Positions 30,511 to 40,512 of a stretch of DNA of 47,568 nucleotides are shown in pieces. The DNA is from Arenimonas sp. (GTDB taxonomy: Bacteria; Pseudomonadota; Gammaproteobacteria; Xanthomonadales; Xanthomonadaceae). The position numbers and the translations under genes are program-made. Location: assembly GCA_043753545.1 (NCBI GenBank), contig JAYUWO010000082.1, positions 1 to 47,568 of the forward strand. The letters run 5' to 3'. Positions within the stretch are counted from its first letter, which is position 1, and the number at the start of each line of letters is the position of its first letter. The notes below the pieces were generated by a model. That model was not told the origin of the DNA. It did no database searches and worked only from the letters and a program-made list of their open reading frames with translations.

Positions 30511-31323
30511 ATGACCCTTTCTAAATCAGTTCTCTATCTCGCTGTAGCGATGATTTTTCTCGGCGCCACTCAAGCATCAATGGCCGCTGAGAGCCCGACG
30601 AGCATCACTGAGTCCGACACCTCAACGATACCTAGCATCAAGGGCTATACGTTTATTGCCCCAGGCCACAACGACCCAAAACTAGAAGAGTTTGCGTGTG
30701 GAATACGATTTGGTTTTAGCCAAGTCATTAATAGTGTGGAGGGCAGTCGATTAGCTGAACTCAAGCGCACAGGCCCCGAGACGGCAGAACTAACTACATT
30801 CACAGGAAGCGATGATTTCCGGATAGGCAAAGGGGTTTTGCATGAAATTTCTGCAGTCACGGCCCGCGACGAGACGAAGTGTACGGTGAAAATAGTTATT
30901 CTCAATGAAAAGCCGTTTAAGCGAGGCAGCTTTATGAACTTGTGGAAGGCGCCCCCATTTACCTCGGAAGACGTATTGGTCCAGACACACAAATTTCTCT
31001 ACCAGCCTTCATTCATAAGCCCTTATCCGGCGACTTCCTTGATCGCCAATTTCGAGCGCTTGGCGGTGAAGGGATGCAACAATGTGGGATACGGAGCGGC
31101 AAGTGAACTACCTCGCGATTTGCGAGGGAATTATGATGGCGTTTATTGCGTAAAAGTGGACGGAAAGTACATACCGACACGGCCGGATTGCCGCCCCTAT
31201 CGTGATGGCTCCAAGTGCACAGTATTAGCTGTCATTGCGGCCAATCGCAGCGAGAGAACCTTTGATGCACGACCATCAGCAGATAGCCTGCGGAAAGCCA
31301 TTGAAGCGATCCTGCAAGATTAA
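30511..31323 (+). CDS. hypothetical exported protein
   Basis: Signal peptide ending ASMA from MTLSK; six Cys in the mature part. Confidence 0.65.
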   Translation: MTLSKSVLYLAVAMIFLGATQASMAAESPTSITESDTSTIPSIKGYTFIAPGHNDPKLEEFACGIRFGFSQVINSVEGSRLAELKRTGPETAELTTFTGSDDFRIGKGVLHEISAVTARDETKCTVKIVILNEKPFKRGSFMNLWKAPPFTSEDVLVQTHKFLYQPSFISPYPATSLIANFERLAVKGCNNVGYGAASELPRDLRGNYDGVYCVKVDGKYIPTRPDCRPYRDGSKCTVLAVIAANRSERTFDARPSADSLRKAIEAILQD

Positions 31324-31440
31324 AACGACCTAAAGACTCAACTTTCGAACCATCGTTTTTAGAGGTTCCTTTTTGCCCTGCCAGACCTGATCAACGGCAC
31401 ATTGAAAGTTGTTTCAACTCTTCCCGACGGGGCATTGCTA

Positions 31441-31761
31441 CTACGCATCTTCGCGAATCAAATGTGGGCGCCATTGCCTTACGAGTTGTTCGAACTCAGC
31501 GCCAAAACCAAATGCGTCAGAATAAGAATGATGCGTGCTGATGACCTGAATCATAAGTAGCACGTCACACGCGGTTTGATGATCCATGGCCCAGAGATTA
31601 GTTGGGTCAAATGCACCACAGGTTGAGCTATTCCACCAGCTAAGTAAGAAATCCGAAACACGGCAGGACTGGCCTGTATCACTGTGCGCAATATCGAGTA
31701 GACGTTTCAGTGTTGCAATTTCTTGGGGTTCATTGGTGTATTTTTCATGTGGTGAGAACAT
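31441..31761 (-). CDS. conserved ICE/plasmid-type hypothetical protein
   Basis: LKRLLDIAHSDTGQSCRVSDFLLSWWN...GAFDPTNLW pattern, recalled from mobile-element proteins. Confidence 0.65.
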   Translation of the reverse strand: MFSPHEKYTNEPQEIATLKRLLDIAHSDTGQSCRVSDFLLSWWNSSTCGAFDPTNLWAMDHQTACDVLLMIQVISTHHSYSDAFGFGAEFEQLVRQWRPHLIREDA

Positions 31762-31820
31762 ATATTGGTGGCGCAGAAGCTGGATATCCCAGAGTTTGCA
31801 CACTAGAAAACCCGACCAAT

Positions 31821-31912
31821 TGCGGGCGCTGGGTGACTTTGATGGCGCGTCCGGTTGGGTCTGCCTGAGATGCTGGTCGTGACCGGCAACTTCCGGCCAG
31901 AAGCGGCCGGTT
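31821..31912 (+). repeat. dispersed ~92-bp boundary element, copy B
   Basis: TGCGGGCGCTGGGTGAC..CCGGTTGGG..TGCTGGTCGTGACCGGCAACTTCCGGCCAGAAGCGG. Confidence 0.75.
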
Positions 31913-32099
31913 GCGAGGTGTATTTAATTGATAGGGTGCGCTCAAGCGCACCACGCCGGATGTCTCGTATGAACCGACATCCCAAACAATTGCGAAGGTG
32001 TCGTTCTGCGCCGTATTCAACATCACAAAGGCAGTGCCCATGGCCCGACAAACGATTGCGACAATCCATCCGCAGCACCGCAATCGATTAAAAGCGTCG

Positions 32100-32157
32100 G
32101 GCTGGGGCCCGACTTACGGAGTTTCGTGGGGATACCTCAGGCTGGGGCCCGACTTAC
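32100..32157 (+). repeat. 18-bp direct repeat pair downstream of immunity gene
   Basis: GGCTGGGGCCCGACTTAC at 32100 and 32140. Confidence 0.8.
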
Positions 32158-32168
32158 CGCGTTTTCTT

Positions 32169-32588
32169 TTAGGCCCCGAAGAAAGTCAGATCGCCTTGCT
32201 GAGCAATTGTATCTGTGATTTCCACAACGCCATCTCTTAGTTCGTAGCGAAAAAAAACTTCCGCACAATAACCGGTTCGATGCTCAAGAAGAAACTTGAT
32301 TGCAGCGCTTTGACTGCCATCGTCGTAAGGCAACGTCACGTCACTCGCAATTGCAAATGCGATCGCTTTTTTTTGCGTGGCAAGCCGACGGAAAGAATCA
32401 ATCAGTATTTCAACTCTTCCGTTGGCACTGGCTTGCTCAGCATTTGGTTGGACTCCAACATGCACAGGCTTGGCGGAAAGATTCAGATACCCGCCGAAGG
32501 GATGAAAACTACCATGTTCCGCAAGCATCTTTTCCGCGAAGAAAAGAAGCTCGTTCATCAACTCTTCGACTTGAGTCTTTGCGTTCAT
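32169..32588 (-). CDS. putative immunity protein for the Rhs toxin
   Basis: 139-aa ORF whose ATG overlaps the rhs TGA (ATGA). Function inferred from position. Confidence 0.75.
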   Translation of the reverse strand: MNAKTQVEELMNELLFFAEKMLAEHGSFHPFGGYLNLSAKPVHVGVQPNAEQASANGRVEILIDSFRRLATQKKAIAFAIASDVTLPYDDGSQSAAIKFLLEHRTGYCAEVFFRYELRDGVVEITDTIAQQGDLTFFGA

Positions 32589-35500
32589 TGCTCCCCCTTT
32601 GGGCCAAGATCGTCTCGTCGAATGACAGTTGACTTTGACTCAACGTTTCTACTTACCTTTGTTTCCGTGCCGGTTACCACGGTATGTTCCCGCCCAGTTT
32701 CTCTGGCGTACTCACGCTGAGCCTGAATTTGCTTGGTGTCAGACACACGCTGCGTGTCTTTAATCTCGCCAACCTGCTTTTCGTTCTTGAAGTCCGGGAT
32801 TGTACGGCCCTTTGAAGTCTCGGCAGCTTCCGTGTTCTTCTTTTCCCCCATACTGTCCAACACGCGCTTTTCTGATTCTCTGCCGCGTTGCGTTGGACTT
32901 TGTTTTTCTTTAGGAGCAGCTTTCGGTGCCCCATTCGGCGCGCTTTTAGGTGCACCTTTAGATGGGGGTAACAGTTTGTCGACCAATTTCAGGGCTAATC
33001 TCAGTATAAGCCTTCTTATTCGCCCATCCGGATCCGTAAACTTATACGGATTATTCGCGGCATAGTTGTACCGATTAAAATTCCAACCGGTATCCATATC
33101 CGAAGGATCCGAATCCGCACTCAAAAACCTCCCAATAACCGGATCATAATACCGCTGCTGCGCATAAGTTAACCCCGTCGCCGCATCCGTCACATGCCCC
33201 GTAAATCCGGGCCCTTGATCATACGAATTGTCACTTGGCTCACCATACGGCGTATAGCGTTCAATCTTCGTAACCGTTTTTGCCGCATCACTTTCCGCAA
33301 CTGGGCTGCCGAGTGAATCGGTATGCTGATAACTGGTGTTATACGTTGTACTGCCAATCGTTGCACTGCGCTTAGCCACCAAACTACCATTCAAATAAAC
33401 ATAGTCATTGGTTTTGTTACTACGTTGATCTTCGTCAGCAACAATTTTGCCTTCCAAGCTATAAATCGGATAACTAATTTTGTTATCACTCAAGCGCGTG
33501 ATCTTGACGCGACGACCATGGCCATCATATTGATAGTTTTCCAGACCGTTGACGCTTTGCATGCGATTAGCTTTATCAAACACATAGCTTTGTGCACCAT
33601 TGGTGGTGACATTGCCTGATGCGTCGTATGCCAATGCGCGAGCCACCGAGGCATTCGGCAACGTGATTTGATCCAGACGCTGCGTTGTCTGATTGTATTG
33701 ATAATTATGCGTGCGGTTACCCAGCGTGTTGACGCGGATATTGTCCAGGGCGTCGTAACTGATGCTATTGCTGAGCCACCAGAGGTTTGGTGCATTGGTT
33801 TGAACCAGTCGATCGGCATTGTCGTAGCTCATTGTGCGATTACCACCGGCGCCCGCAGTACCATCGGTAATGCTGCCGACATTGCCATTGGCATCAAACA
33901 CATAGGTGTCGTCAAGAATGGCAGTTGCACCATTCATGTCTTTACTACGAGTTGGCAACTGGCGAATGTTTTGTGTCATCGAATGGACGATGCCATTGCC
34001 GTAATTAAAGCCGCTCATGCCGCCGTTGGCAAAATAAGTTACGGCGCTGGCATAGCTGCCGGCTTGGCTGGCTTGACCCAATGCATTCGGCGTACTGGCA
34101 ACCACCAAGCCACTTGGATACGTCAGACTGCTTTCCTGCGCCAGCGTGTTGTAGGCATGCGTCAGCGTTTTGACACGGCCATCGATTGTGAGAGTCTCGG
34201 AAACCGGTAAACGCAGTTTGTTATAGGTGTAATCCCAACGATTGCCGCCATTGATCAATGTCTTGAGAGCACCGTCTGCAAAGTAGTCGTAGGTCAAATC
34301 GTCAGTACTGCCCGGCACATCGGTAGAGAGCAGGCGATTCATAACGTTGTAGCTGCGAACCGTTTTATCCGCTGCAGCAACACTCGCACGGTCACAGGAA
34401 GAAGCACTCGTTAATGCACTACCCTGCACCGACCAGGCAAGATTATCGACGGCGTCGTAATCAATAATCGTCGCGCCGGTTTCCGGCTCGATACGCTTGC
34501 ACAAGCGTTGTTCGTTGTCATAGACATATTTACGGGTGCTGCTGAGTGGCGAACCATTCCAGACGCCGCTGCGAGTAACTTCCAGCGTTTTGCCGAAGGT
34601 GTTACGCAAAATAGTGGTGGTAATGCCTTCCGGCGCCACGATAATTTCCGGGCGGCTGTCGTCCGGACTATCCCAAACATTGAAGCTGGTAGTGGTGGCA
34701 AAACCACGTGGGTTGGTCACTCGCTTCTGGAAGCCGGCTAGATATTCCGTTGTGGTGTTCAACGGACCCAATTCGGAATCCTGGATGGTTTTGGTAACGC
34801 GACCCAGGGCGTCGTATTCGGTGCGTACACCGGTAGTCAACGCATCCGTTGTGCCGGGATATGAAGTGAATACGGTACGACCCGTGGTGTCATACGCCAT
34901 GCGGGTAAAGCGCTGGGTACCGGCGATATTGCTATTGTCGTATTCACGGGTAACCACTGGCTGCCACCGCGCATTGAAGTAAATCTCCTTGCGGTAATTA
35001 CCTTTGCTGATGGTTTGTTTCCAATGGCCTGCCGGAAGTCCGTAAGCGGCTACCGTATTGATGGCAAAGGTCTGCGTTGCCCCCGCCCAGGCCACGGTGT
35101 CGCCGGCGGGAGGCGTGATCGACGAAAGACGGTTCATCGCATCGTAACCAAAACCGGTGGCGAAACCCAACTCGTTACTGATCGATGTCAGCTTGCCGAA
35201 ATCATTGACGACCGCACTGACAAACGTCGAGTCTGGATTGGTAATGGTTTGCGGAATGCCACGCTTGTAGCTCGCAAACGAGGTTGTGTTGTTATTGGCG
35301 TTTTTCACGCTGGCCATCGTGCCGTCGGCATTGTAGGTCAGCGTTTCTTTCAGCGAATTAAACTCATAGAGCCTGATGGGCAAGACAGTCGTTACATCAA
35401 ATTCGCTTCTGCTGACTTGCTCGCCGGTATTGGCATTGGTCGAGGTTTCCAGCTGACCCAGCACCCATTTCGCGGTGTCATATTTGTAAACGTAGGTATC

Positions 35501-37330
35501 CGTTTTCACTACACCAGGATTCAGGCTGTTCGACAGCGAAACACTGTTCGCACGTGCGAACGCATCGAAGCTATTGGCTTTCCAGGTGAAGGTGACGCCG
35601 TCCTGGATGATGTCTTTTTGCTTGCTAGGGAGCTCGTATTCGGTGCTCGATGTGGCAGGAGAAATTCTGTAGTAATTACCCGTGTAAAGCTTAATATGAC
35701 CCAAAGGGTTGATGCCCACCTGGGTATTAAAACCTTGATTTGGCGCATCTGCTGCCACATTGGTGTAAGTAGTACGCTTGAGTTCCACCTGGTTTTTGGA
35801 TGTGGTTTCGTGTGTTGTTTGACCACGCTCTGCATGATGACCATTCAACTTGAAATTGAAGGTCAGCAACGTGCCGTCGGGCTGGGTAACACGCGTTGCT
35901 TGCGTGGCAGGACAGGCGCCTTGTTGGCATTGGGTTTCAGTTTGGTAAATATCGGTCAATACATCGTAGTTGTAGCTCCACACTTGGTCTACAAGGCCAG
36001 GACCAGTGATTTTCTTACTGACCAATGCGTCAATATATTGAAGCGGTCGAGGGCTCTCATAGGCACATGTTGCTTCCCAGGGGTTGTAGTGTTGGGTGGC
36101 AGTAAAGTTGAAGGTGCCCGTAGCACCTGAGGGATGCTTGACCACTAATTGCGCCGTGGTGCTACCTGGGATATACGTTAAATCTTGCGTTACATAGGCG
36201 ACACCATTATTGCAATAGACCCCCGATGGTGGATCTTCTGATTTAGGATCTGACCCGCGAAAAAAAACACCGGTTTGTGCGTATTCCCACTTGCTGGCAT
36301 CTGGCAATGTTGCGGACACGAATTTGCCAGCAGCATCGTAGGCGTAGGTCCAGGTTTTTCCATGGGCAGTGGCAGAAGTGAGTACGTTACTGCCGTTGTA
36401 GGTGAAGCTGATTGTTCTGCCGTCATTTGCGGCGATTGAAGTCAATTTATTGTTGCTATCGTAATTGTAATTAACGTAGTTGCCAAAGCGATCTTCCACT
36501 TTGGTGGCAACAAGATAAAAACGGCCACGAGTCATTTTCTTGATGATGGTTGTGCCAGTGAAGACATCTTGATAGCTGCCAATGACTAATTTTGAATAAC
36601 GATCATTACCGGCTCTGACTATCATGCGATTAAAGTAATATTTTGTACCATCGGGCGAAGTGGCTAAAAAGCCTTCCCCCGAGCCATTGGTAATCGTAGC
36701 CAAGCAAGTTAATAACCAATGGTCTTTGGTGGTCCAGCGTGCTGCTTGCGTTGTATTGTTTTGCGATGTGGTGGTTGTCAGCAAAATGTCGCTGGACACT
36801 TGCCCAGGGACAGTAATCTTGGTGCCGGACCAAAATTTCTGGGGCTCCGAGTCAGGGTTCCCTGGTTCTGGATTAGGTGGCCTACCGGAGCCCGATGAAC
36901 AGCGGGCATTGGGGGCTGCGCTATCTGCAATCCAACCAACGGCAGTCGCTCCGGTATTGGTCCCGGTAGAAAAGATGCCCGATACATGGGGAACATCAAT
37001 CGACCAGCCAATTGATGAATCAGTTAACGTGCCGCCAACACCCAGTGGCACCAACCGTGGAAAACCATCGGATACCGACATGCTTACCGAACGGGTTAAG
37101 CGCACAGGCAGTGCGTTATTTCCGGGCAAATCAATATCGGTGGCTGTAAAACTGGTGGAACCGGTATTGTGATCGACCTGTTCGCCGAATAAATCCGGAC
37201 CCAAAGCACCAACTGCATCGCTGGGCGTCTTGTATCGACGGTCTTCAATAGCCTTGGAGGTCGTGTCTTGCGCGTAGGCAGATGACAGGGTCGATGCGAG
37301 CAGAAGGCCCAACGTTAGGATTTTTCTCAT
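32585..37330 (-). CDS. Rhs/YD-repeat polymorphic toxin with signal peptide and Tox-REase-7-like tip
   Basis: YD repeats; core YAQQRYYDPVIGRFLSAD...NPYKFTDPDG; tip GRTIPDF...GEIK...SDTKQ. Confidence 0.9.
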   Translation of the reverse strand: MRKILTLGLLLASTLSSAYAQDTTSKAIEDRRYKTPSDAVGALGPDLFGEQVDHNTGSTSFTATDIDLPGNNALPVRLTRSVSMSVSDGFPRLVPLGVGGTLTDSSIGWSIDVPHVSGIFSTGTNTGATAVGWIADSAAPNARCSSGSGRPPNPEPGNPDSEPQKFWSGTKITVPGQVSSDILLTTTTSQNNTTQAARWTTKDHWLLTCLATITNGSGEGFLATSPDGTKYYFNRMIVRAGNDRYSKLVIGSYQDVFTGTTIIKKMTRGRFYLVATKVEDRFGNYVNYNYDSNNKLTSIAANDGRTISFTYNGSNVLTSATAHGKTWTYAYDAAGKFVSATLPDASKWEYAQTGVFFRGSDPKSEDPPSGVYCNNGVAYVTQDLTYIPGSTTAQLVVKHPSGATGTFNFTATQHYNPWEATCAYESPRPLQYIDALVSKKITGPGLVDQVWSYNYDVLTDIYQTETQCQQGACPATQATRVTQPDGTLLTFNFKLNGHHAERGQTTHETTSKNQVELKRTTYTNVAADAPNQGFNTQVGINPLGHIKLYTGNYYRISPATSSTEYELPSKQKDIIQDGVTFTWKANSFDAFARANSVSLSNSLNPGVVKTDTYVYKYDTAKWVLGQLETSTNANTGEQVSRSEFDVTTVLPIRLYEFNSLKETLTYNADGTMASVKNANNNTTSFASYKRGIPQTITNPDSTFVSAVVNDFGKLTSISNELGFATGFGYDAMNRLSSITPPAGDTVAWAGATQTFAINTVAAYGLPAGHWKQTISKGNYRKEIYFNARWQPVVTREYDNSNIAGTQRFTRMAYDTTGRTVFTSYPGTTDALTTGVRTEYDALGRVTKTIQDSELGPLNTTTEYLAGFQKRVTNPRGFATTTSFNVWDSPDDSRPEIIVAPEGITTTILRNTFGKTLEVTRSGVWNGSPLSSTRKYVYDNEQRLCKRIEPETGATIIDYDAVDNLAWSVQGSALTSASSCDRASVAAADKTVRSYNVMNRLLSTDVPGSTDDLTYDYFADGALKTLINGGNRWDYTYNKLRLPVSETLTIDGRVKTLTHAYNTLAQESSLTYPSGLVVASTPNALGQASQAGSYASAVTYFANGGMSGFNYGNGIVHSMTQNIRQLPTRSKDMNGATAILDDTYVFDANGNVGSITDGTAGAGGNRTMSYDNADRLVQTNAPNLWWLSNSISYDALDNIRVNTLGNRTHNYQYNQTTQRLDQITLPNASVARALAYDASGNVTTNGAQSYVFDKANRMQSVNGLENYQYDGHGRRVKITRLSDNKISYPIYSLEGKIVADEDQRSNKTNDYVYLNGSLVAKRSATIGSTTYNTSYQHTDSLGSPVAESDAAKTVTKIERYTPYGEPSDNSYDQGPGFTGHVTDAATGLTYAQQRYYDPVIGRFLSADSDPSDMDTGWNFNRYNYAANNPYKFTDPDGRIRRLILRLALKLVDKLLPPSKGAPKSAPNGAPKAAPKEKQSPTQRGRESEKRVLDSMGEKKNTEAAETSKGRTIPDFKNEKQVGEIKDTQRVSDTKQIQAQREYARETGREHTVVTGTETKVSRNVESKSTVIRRDDLGPKGEQ

Positions 37331-37554
37331 TTTTTAGTCTTTCGGTCTGGATGGCTAGCTTGATGCGAAGCAACAAGCGCAAAAACGGGGCAAGACTATG
37401 TCACGACTTGTTAATTCACAAGCTGTTTCTTTCAAATATGCTGTGCCAGCGTACGAGCAAGGGGGTTATTGGTGCTCAGTGAAACTAACGGATGACATCC
37501 GGGGATCATTGCGCTGCTCAAAGCCCGAATTACGGGTTTGATTTGAGCCTAATC

Positions 37555-37623
37555 AGGGTGCGCGTGCGCGCACCGATGTGCATCATCGCAGCGTGTGGGT
37601 GGTGCGTCATAGGCAGCACCCTA
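37555..37623. repeat. degenerate REP doublet (GTAGGGTGCG-type)
   Basis: CAGGGTGCGCGTGCGCGCACC ... GGTGCGTCATAGGCAGCACCCTA. Confidence 0.55.
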
Positions 37624-38157
37624 TCAGCGATTCATTGCAAACCGCCGCTCTGCCCTTTCCAAATCCGCTTCAGTGTCCACACCCGGCGGGAATGCCTCCG
37701 GCGTGATACCAACGGCAATTTGGTAGCCAGCCTCGAGTACACGCAATTGCTCAAGTGCTTCGAGTTGTTCGAGTTCGCCCATGGGTAATTGAGTGAAGGT
37801 TTTCAGGAAGCCGGCGCGATAGGCATTGATACCGATATGGCGAAGTGCCCCGTGTTGAGGCGGGCTGACGCGATCAGTAGCAAAACGATCACGCTGCCAC
37901 GGCATTGGTGCGCGGCTGAAATACAGGGCATTGCCATTGCTTGCACAAACGACTTTGACGGCATTGGTGTCGAAATACGTTTCGGTATCTGAAATTGGTG
38001 CGGCCAGTGTTGCCATGGGAGCGCTTGAGTTTTCCAACACTTGAGCTACGGCACGAATTCCTGCGGCGGGTGCGAAGGGTTCGTCGCCTTGCAGGTTTAC
38101 TACGATTTGTTGATCCGACCATTTCAATTGGCGGCACATTCGGCAAGACGATCGGTA
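37624..38157 (-). pseudogene. kdsB: 5'-truncated CMP-KDO synthetase
   Basis: [35 protein letters not shown] and [12 protein letters not shown] is in a shifted frame and the N-terminus is missing. Confidence 0.9.
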
Positions 38158-38361
38158 CGAAACGGAAGGGACGGCATACGCTGAGGATCCTAAGGCCATG
38201 ATGTGCGGCGATTTATAGTGTCCCGCCCATGACCAATTGCCGTGGCATGAGTCGCTTCCATTACGGCAATTGCCTATGCTTAGATTCAACTAGCAAGTGC
38301 GACATTCGTCAGCGCTTGAGTAACCGAGGTATAGACGCCTCAGATCCTTTATTGACTGTTC

Positions 38362-38483
38362 AATGTCCGCTTCGGGTCGAAGCGGAAGTGGGCAGCTGCT
38401 CGGCCTTGGCCGCCGTCAGCACCAGCGACATGGTCAGAGTCGACCGGCACCGAAGATCAACGGAGCCGGAGCCGGCACCCGCA
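38362..38483 (-). repeat. dispersed boundary element, copy D (inverted)
   Basis: Minus strand reads TGCGGGTGCCGG..CCGGTCGAC..CGCTGGTGCTGAC, with a 6-bp internal duplication and a hairpin at 38362-38390. Confidence 0.7.
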
Positions 38484-38754
38484 CCAGTCGACCAATTTCT
38501 TATGGCTTCACAGTTTGCGTGCGGCTGGCTTGATTCATGGTGCCATAGGCCCTGAAAAGATTGCAGATGTTCACCAGCTGCTGTCGGCCTTTGTATTGAA
38601 AAACGCGCTTCTTGTTGACGGGCGATTTCTGGTACTCGCCACTGTGTATTTCTGCACTGCCCACAAGCAACCTTTTTAAGTGGGGTCCACAAAGGCCTGC
38701 GCAACCTGGCGTCGCGAATGGGTATTGTAGTCTTCAGTGCACCCTCTTCATCTC

Positions 38755-40512
38755 TTAACCAATAGAATTGGAAGCGCCGACTTCCAAAAAGCCTCTCGCG
38801 ACAAACGAAGGACGTAGCTCCTCGAGCGCTTTTACAGGCACTGCGAGCCAAATCAAGTTTCTTGCACGCGTCACAGCCACATAACCAATTCTTCCCAGTT
38901 CGGTGTCTACGCCAGCTAGCAGTGCTGCTGCATGCTCTTTCTCTGCCAAGTAAAGCAATGCATCAAGGCCTTCACCCTTTACTTTGTGTACTGTTTCGAT
39001 GCGGAGCATTGCCTGAGGCTCTGTTGCCAGATCGGGAATGGCCATGAGTGACGTGTTTGGCATCGCAGTTTTAGCAAGTTTGTTACCAAGATTGTCTGCT
39101 GTAGGCAAGGCAAACCGCTTTTGCAGAGATTCCAAAAGCAAACGCACTCGAGTAACGAGTAAAGGATGCCACTGCGTATCCGCTAGCAATTTGGCATCAG
39201 GTAACCCGTCTGTGGAGCTCCGAGCAAACTTCCATATTTCACGACGTAATGCTATTTCTGAGTCTTGCGTGGGACGCATGATGGATGCGAGTAGTCCATC
39301 GGGTGAATTCTTGAGTAATCCCACAATACAGCCAGCAACAGTTTTAAACGCGCCCAAATAGTCCTGTCGTTTATCTCGCAAAACTGCTGCACGTGCGAAC
39401 GATTTGACTATTCCTTGCCCCATTGGTGCATCAGTCCCCGCCACATTTTCAGCTGTTGCGCGAGCCCGACAAACGATCGCGGAATTAGTCAAATCTAGTC
39501 CGGCGGCTAAAACTTCCGCTTGAAAAGCAACTATCAGCTTTTCGCGCTCCGCCTTTTTGTATCCAATAAAGTAGCAGCCATTCGCTAACTCAGGCTTCGT
39601 CCGTTCTGCCGTATCTTCACGACTTGAGAGAGTATTGGCTGCTTCGACAACCGACGGAACGGAGCGAAAATTTCTCGTTAATGTGTAGCTCAGTACGTTT
39701 TCCTGGCTGCCATATCCACTCAAGAAACCACCATCAGCACCAGCGAAGTCGTAAATCCCTTGGTGGGGATCACCAATTAACGATATTTGTGAACCGGCGT
39801 TAGATAGCTCTCTCAAGATCGCTTGGTGTAGCGTTCCAATGTCTTGAGCTTCATCAATCAATATGTGCGGATATCGGTGAGCAAGCGCTTTAAGGATAAG
39901 CGGTTGTTGCTGCAGCGTACGAAGTGCCCAATATTGGCCAAGACTATGGGTGTATGCACCAATGGTACCGAGGCGTCTTACTGCGGCTGCGCCGTTGTTA
40001 ATTGGAAGAAGTGCCTTATGCATCCTGAAGTGGAATTGCACTGCCGTGCCGTTAATATTCGCAATAACACTTTCTATGTCAACACGTTGAACGGGGAATG
40101 CAGGACCAGTAGCCGGCTGAGCCCAAAACTGAAAATCTCTGTTTTGAAGAAATGGTTCGAATCCTGATACAAGAAATGGCGTTCTATTGCAGCCCATTGT
40201 ACGCGACGTATGTGGCCGCAAAATGTTGGTCGTAATAAACCCATCGATAGTGTCTATCTCAACCCTGCTTCGGCTCGCGTCTTTTAGCGATGTTGACGCT
40301 AGCGGATGATAGATGTCGCGAAAAGTCTTTACGGCTATGTTGGAAAACGACAGCAGTATTGAGCGACCACGGCTATCTTTCATCTGGCGCCGAATTTCTA
40401 ACAGACGGTGTACTGCAGTATGAGTTTTTCCACTGCCCGCACAGGCCACTACTGCCAAGGGCGCGAGCGGCGCGTCTATGATCGCTTGCTGTTCAGCTGA
40501 CAGGGCTATCAT
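38755..40512 (-). CDS. gajB: UvrD-like helicase, Gabija GajB
   Basis: ACAGSGKT, LIDEAQD, IGDPHQGIYDF, ETVHKVKG and YVAVTRAR; ATGA overlap with the OLD nuclease gene. Confidence 0.8.
   Translation of the reverse strand: MIALSAEQQAIIDAPLAPLAVVACAGSGKTHTAVHRLLEIRRQMKDSRGRSILLSFSNIAVKTFRDIYHPLASTSLKDASRSRVEIDTIDGFITTNILRPHTSRTMGCNRTPFLVSGFEPFLQNRDFQFWAQPATGPAFPVQRVDIESVIANINGTAVQFHFRMHKALLPINNGAAAVRRLGTIGAYTHSLGQYWALRTLQQQPLILKALAHRYPHILIDEAQDIGTLHQAILRELSNAGSQISLIGDPHQGIYDFAGADGGFLSGYGSQENVLSYTLTRNFRSVPSVVEAANTLSSREDTAERTKPELANGCYFIGYKKAEREKLIVAFQAEVLAAGLDLTNSAIVCRARATAENVAGTDAPMGQGIVKSFARAAVLRDKRQDYLGAFKTVAGCIVGLLKNSPDGLLASIMRPTQDSEIALRREIWKFARSSTDGLPDAKLLADTQWHPLLVTRVRLLLESLQKRFALPTADNLGNKLAKTAMPNTSLMAIPDLATEPQAMLRIETVHKVKGEGLDALLYLAEKEHAAALLAGVDTELGRIGYVAVTRARNLIWLAVPVKALEELRPSFVARGFLEVGASNSIG

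Larger units (their letters stand above)
31821..38483. mobile_element. putative non-autonomous transposon-like unit carrying an Rhs toxin-immunity pair
   Basis: Inverted boundary elements B and D; termini TGCGGGCGCTGG / TGCGGGTGCCGG; flanks CCAAT / CCAGT; no transposase inside. Confidence 0.55.

Noticed and set aside
31354-31369. CGTTTTTAGAGGTTCC, resembling an IS5-family terminal repeat
   Set aside because: A single short match with no partner end and no transposase remnant.
31605-31621. AAATGCA followed by CCACA as an inverted partner end for copy A
   Set aside because: It lies inside an intact ORF and lacks the internal boxes. It also shows that a 4/5 flank match can arise by chance.
35015-36130. 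371-aa plus-strand ORF, and similar long antisense ORFs in tamB, patatin and glyS
   Set aside because: Shadow frames of well-supported genes.
37624-38289. 221-aa ORF as an intact kdsB
   Set aside because: The first ~55 residues are unrelated to KdsB and the N-terminal PAR...S.R motif is absent.
38360-38851. 163-aa ORF as a third Gabija gene
   Set aside because: It overlaps gajB, runs through repeat copy D, and has no protein-like motifs.
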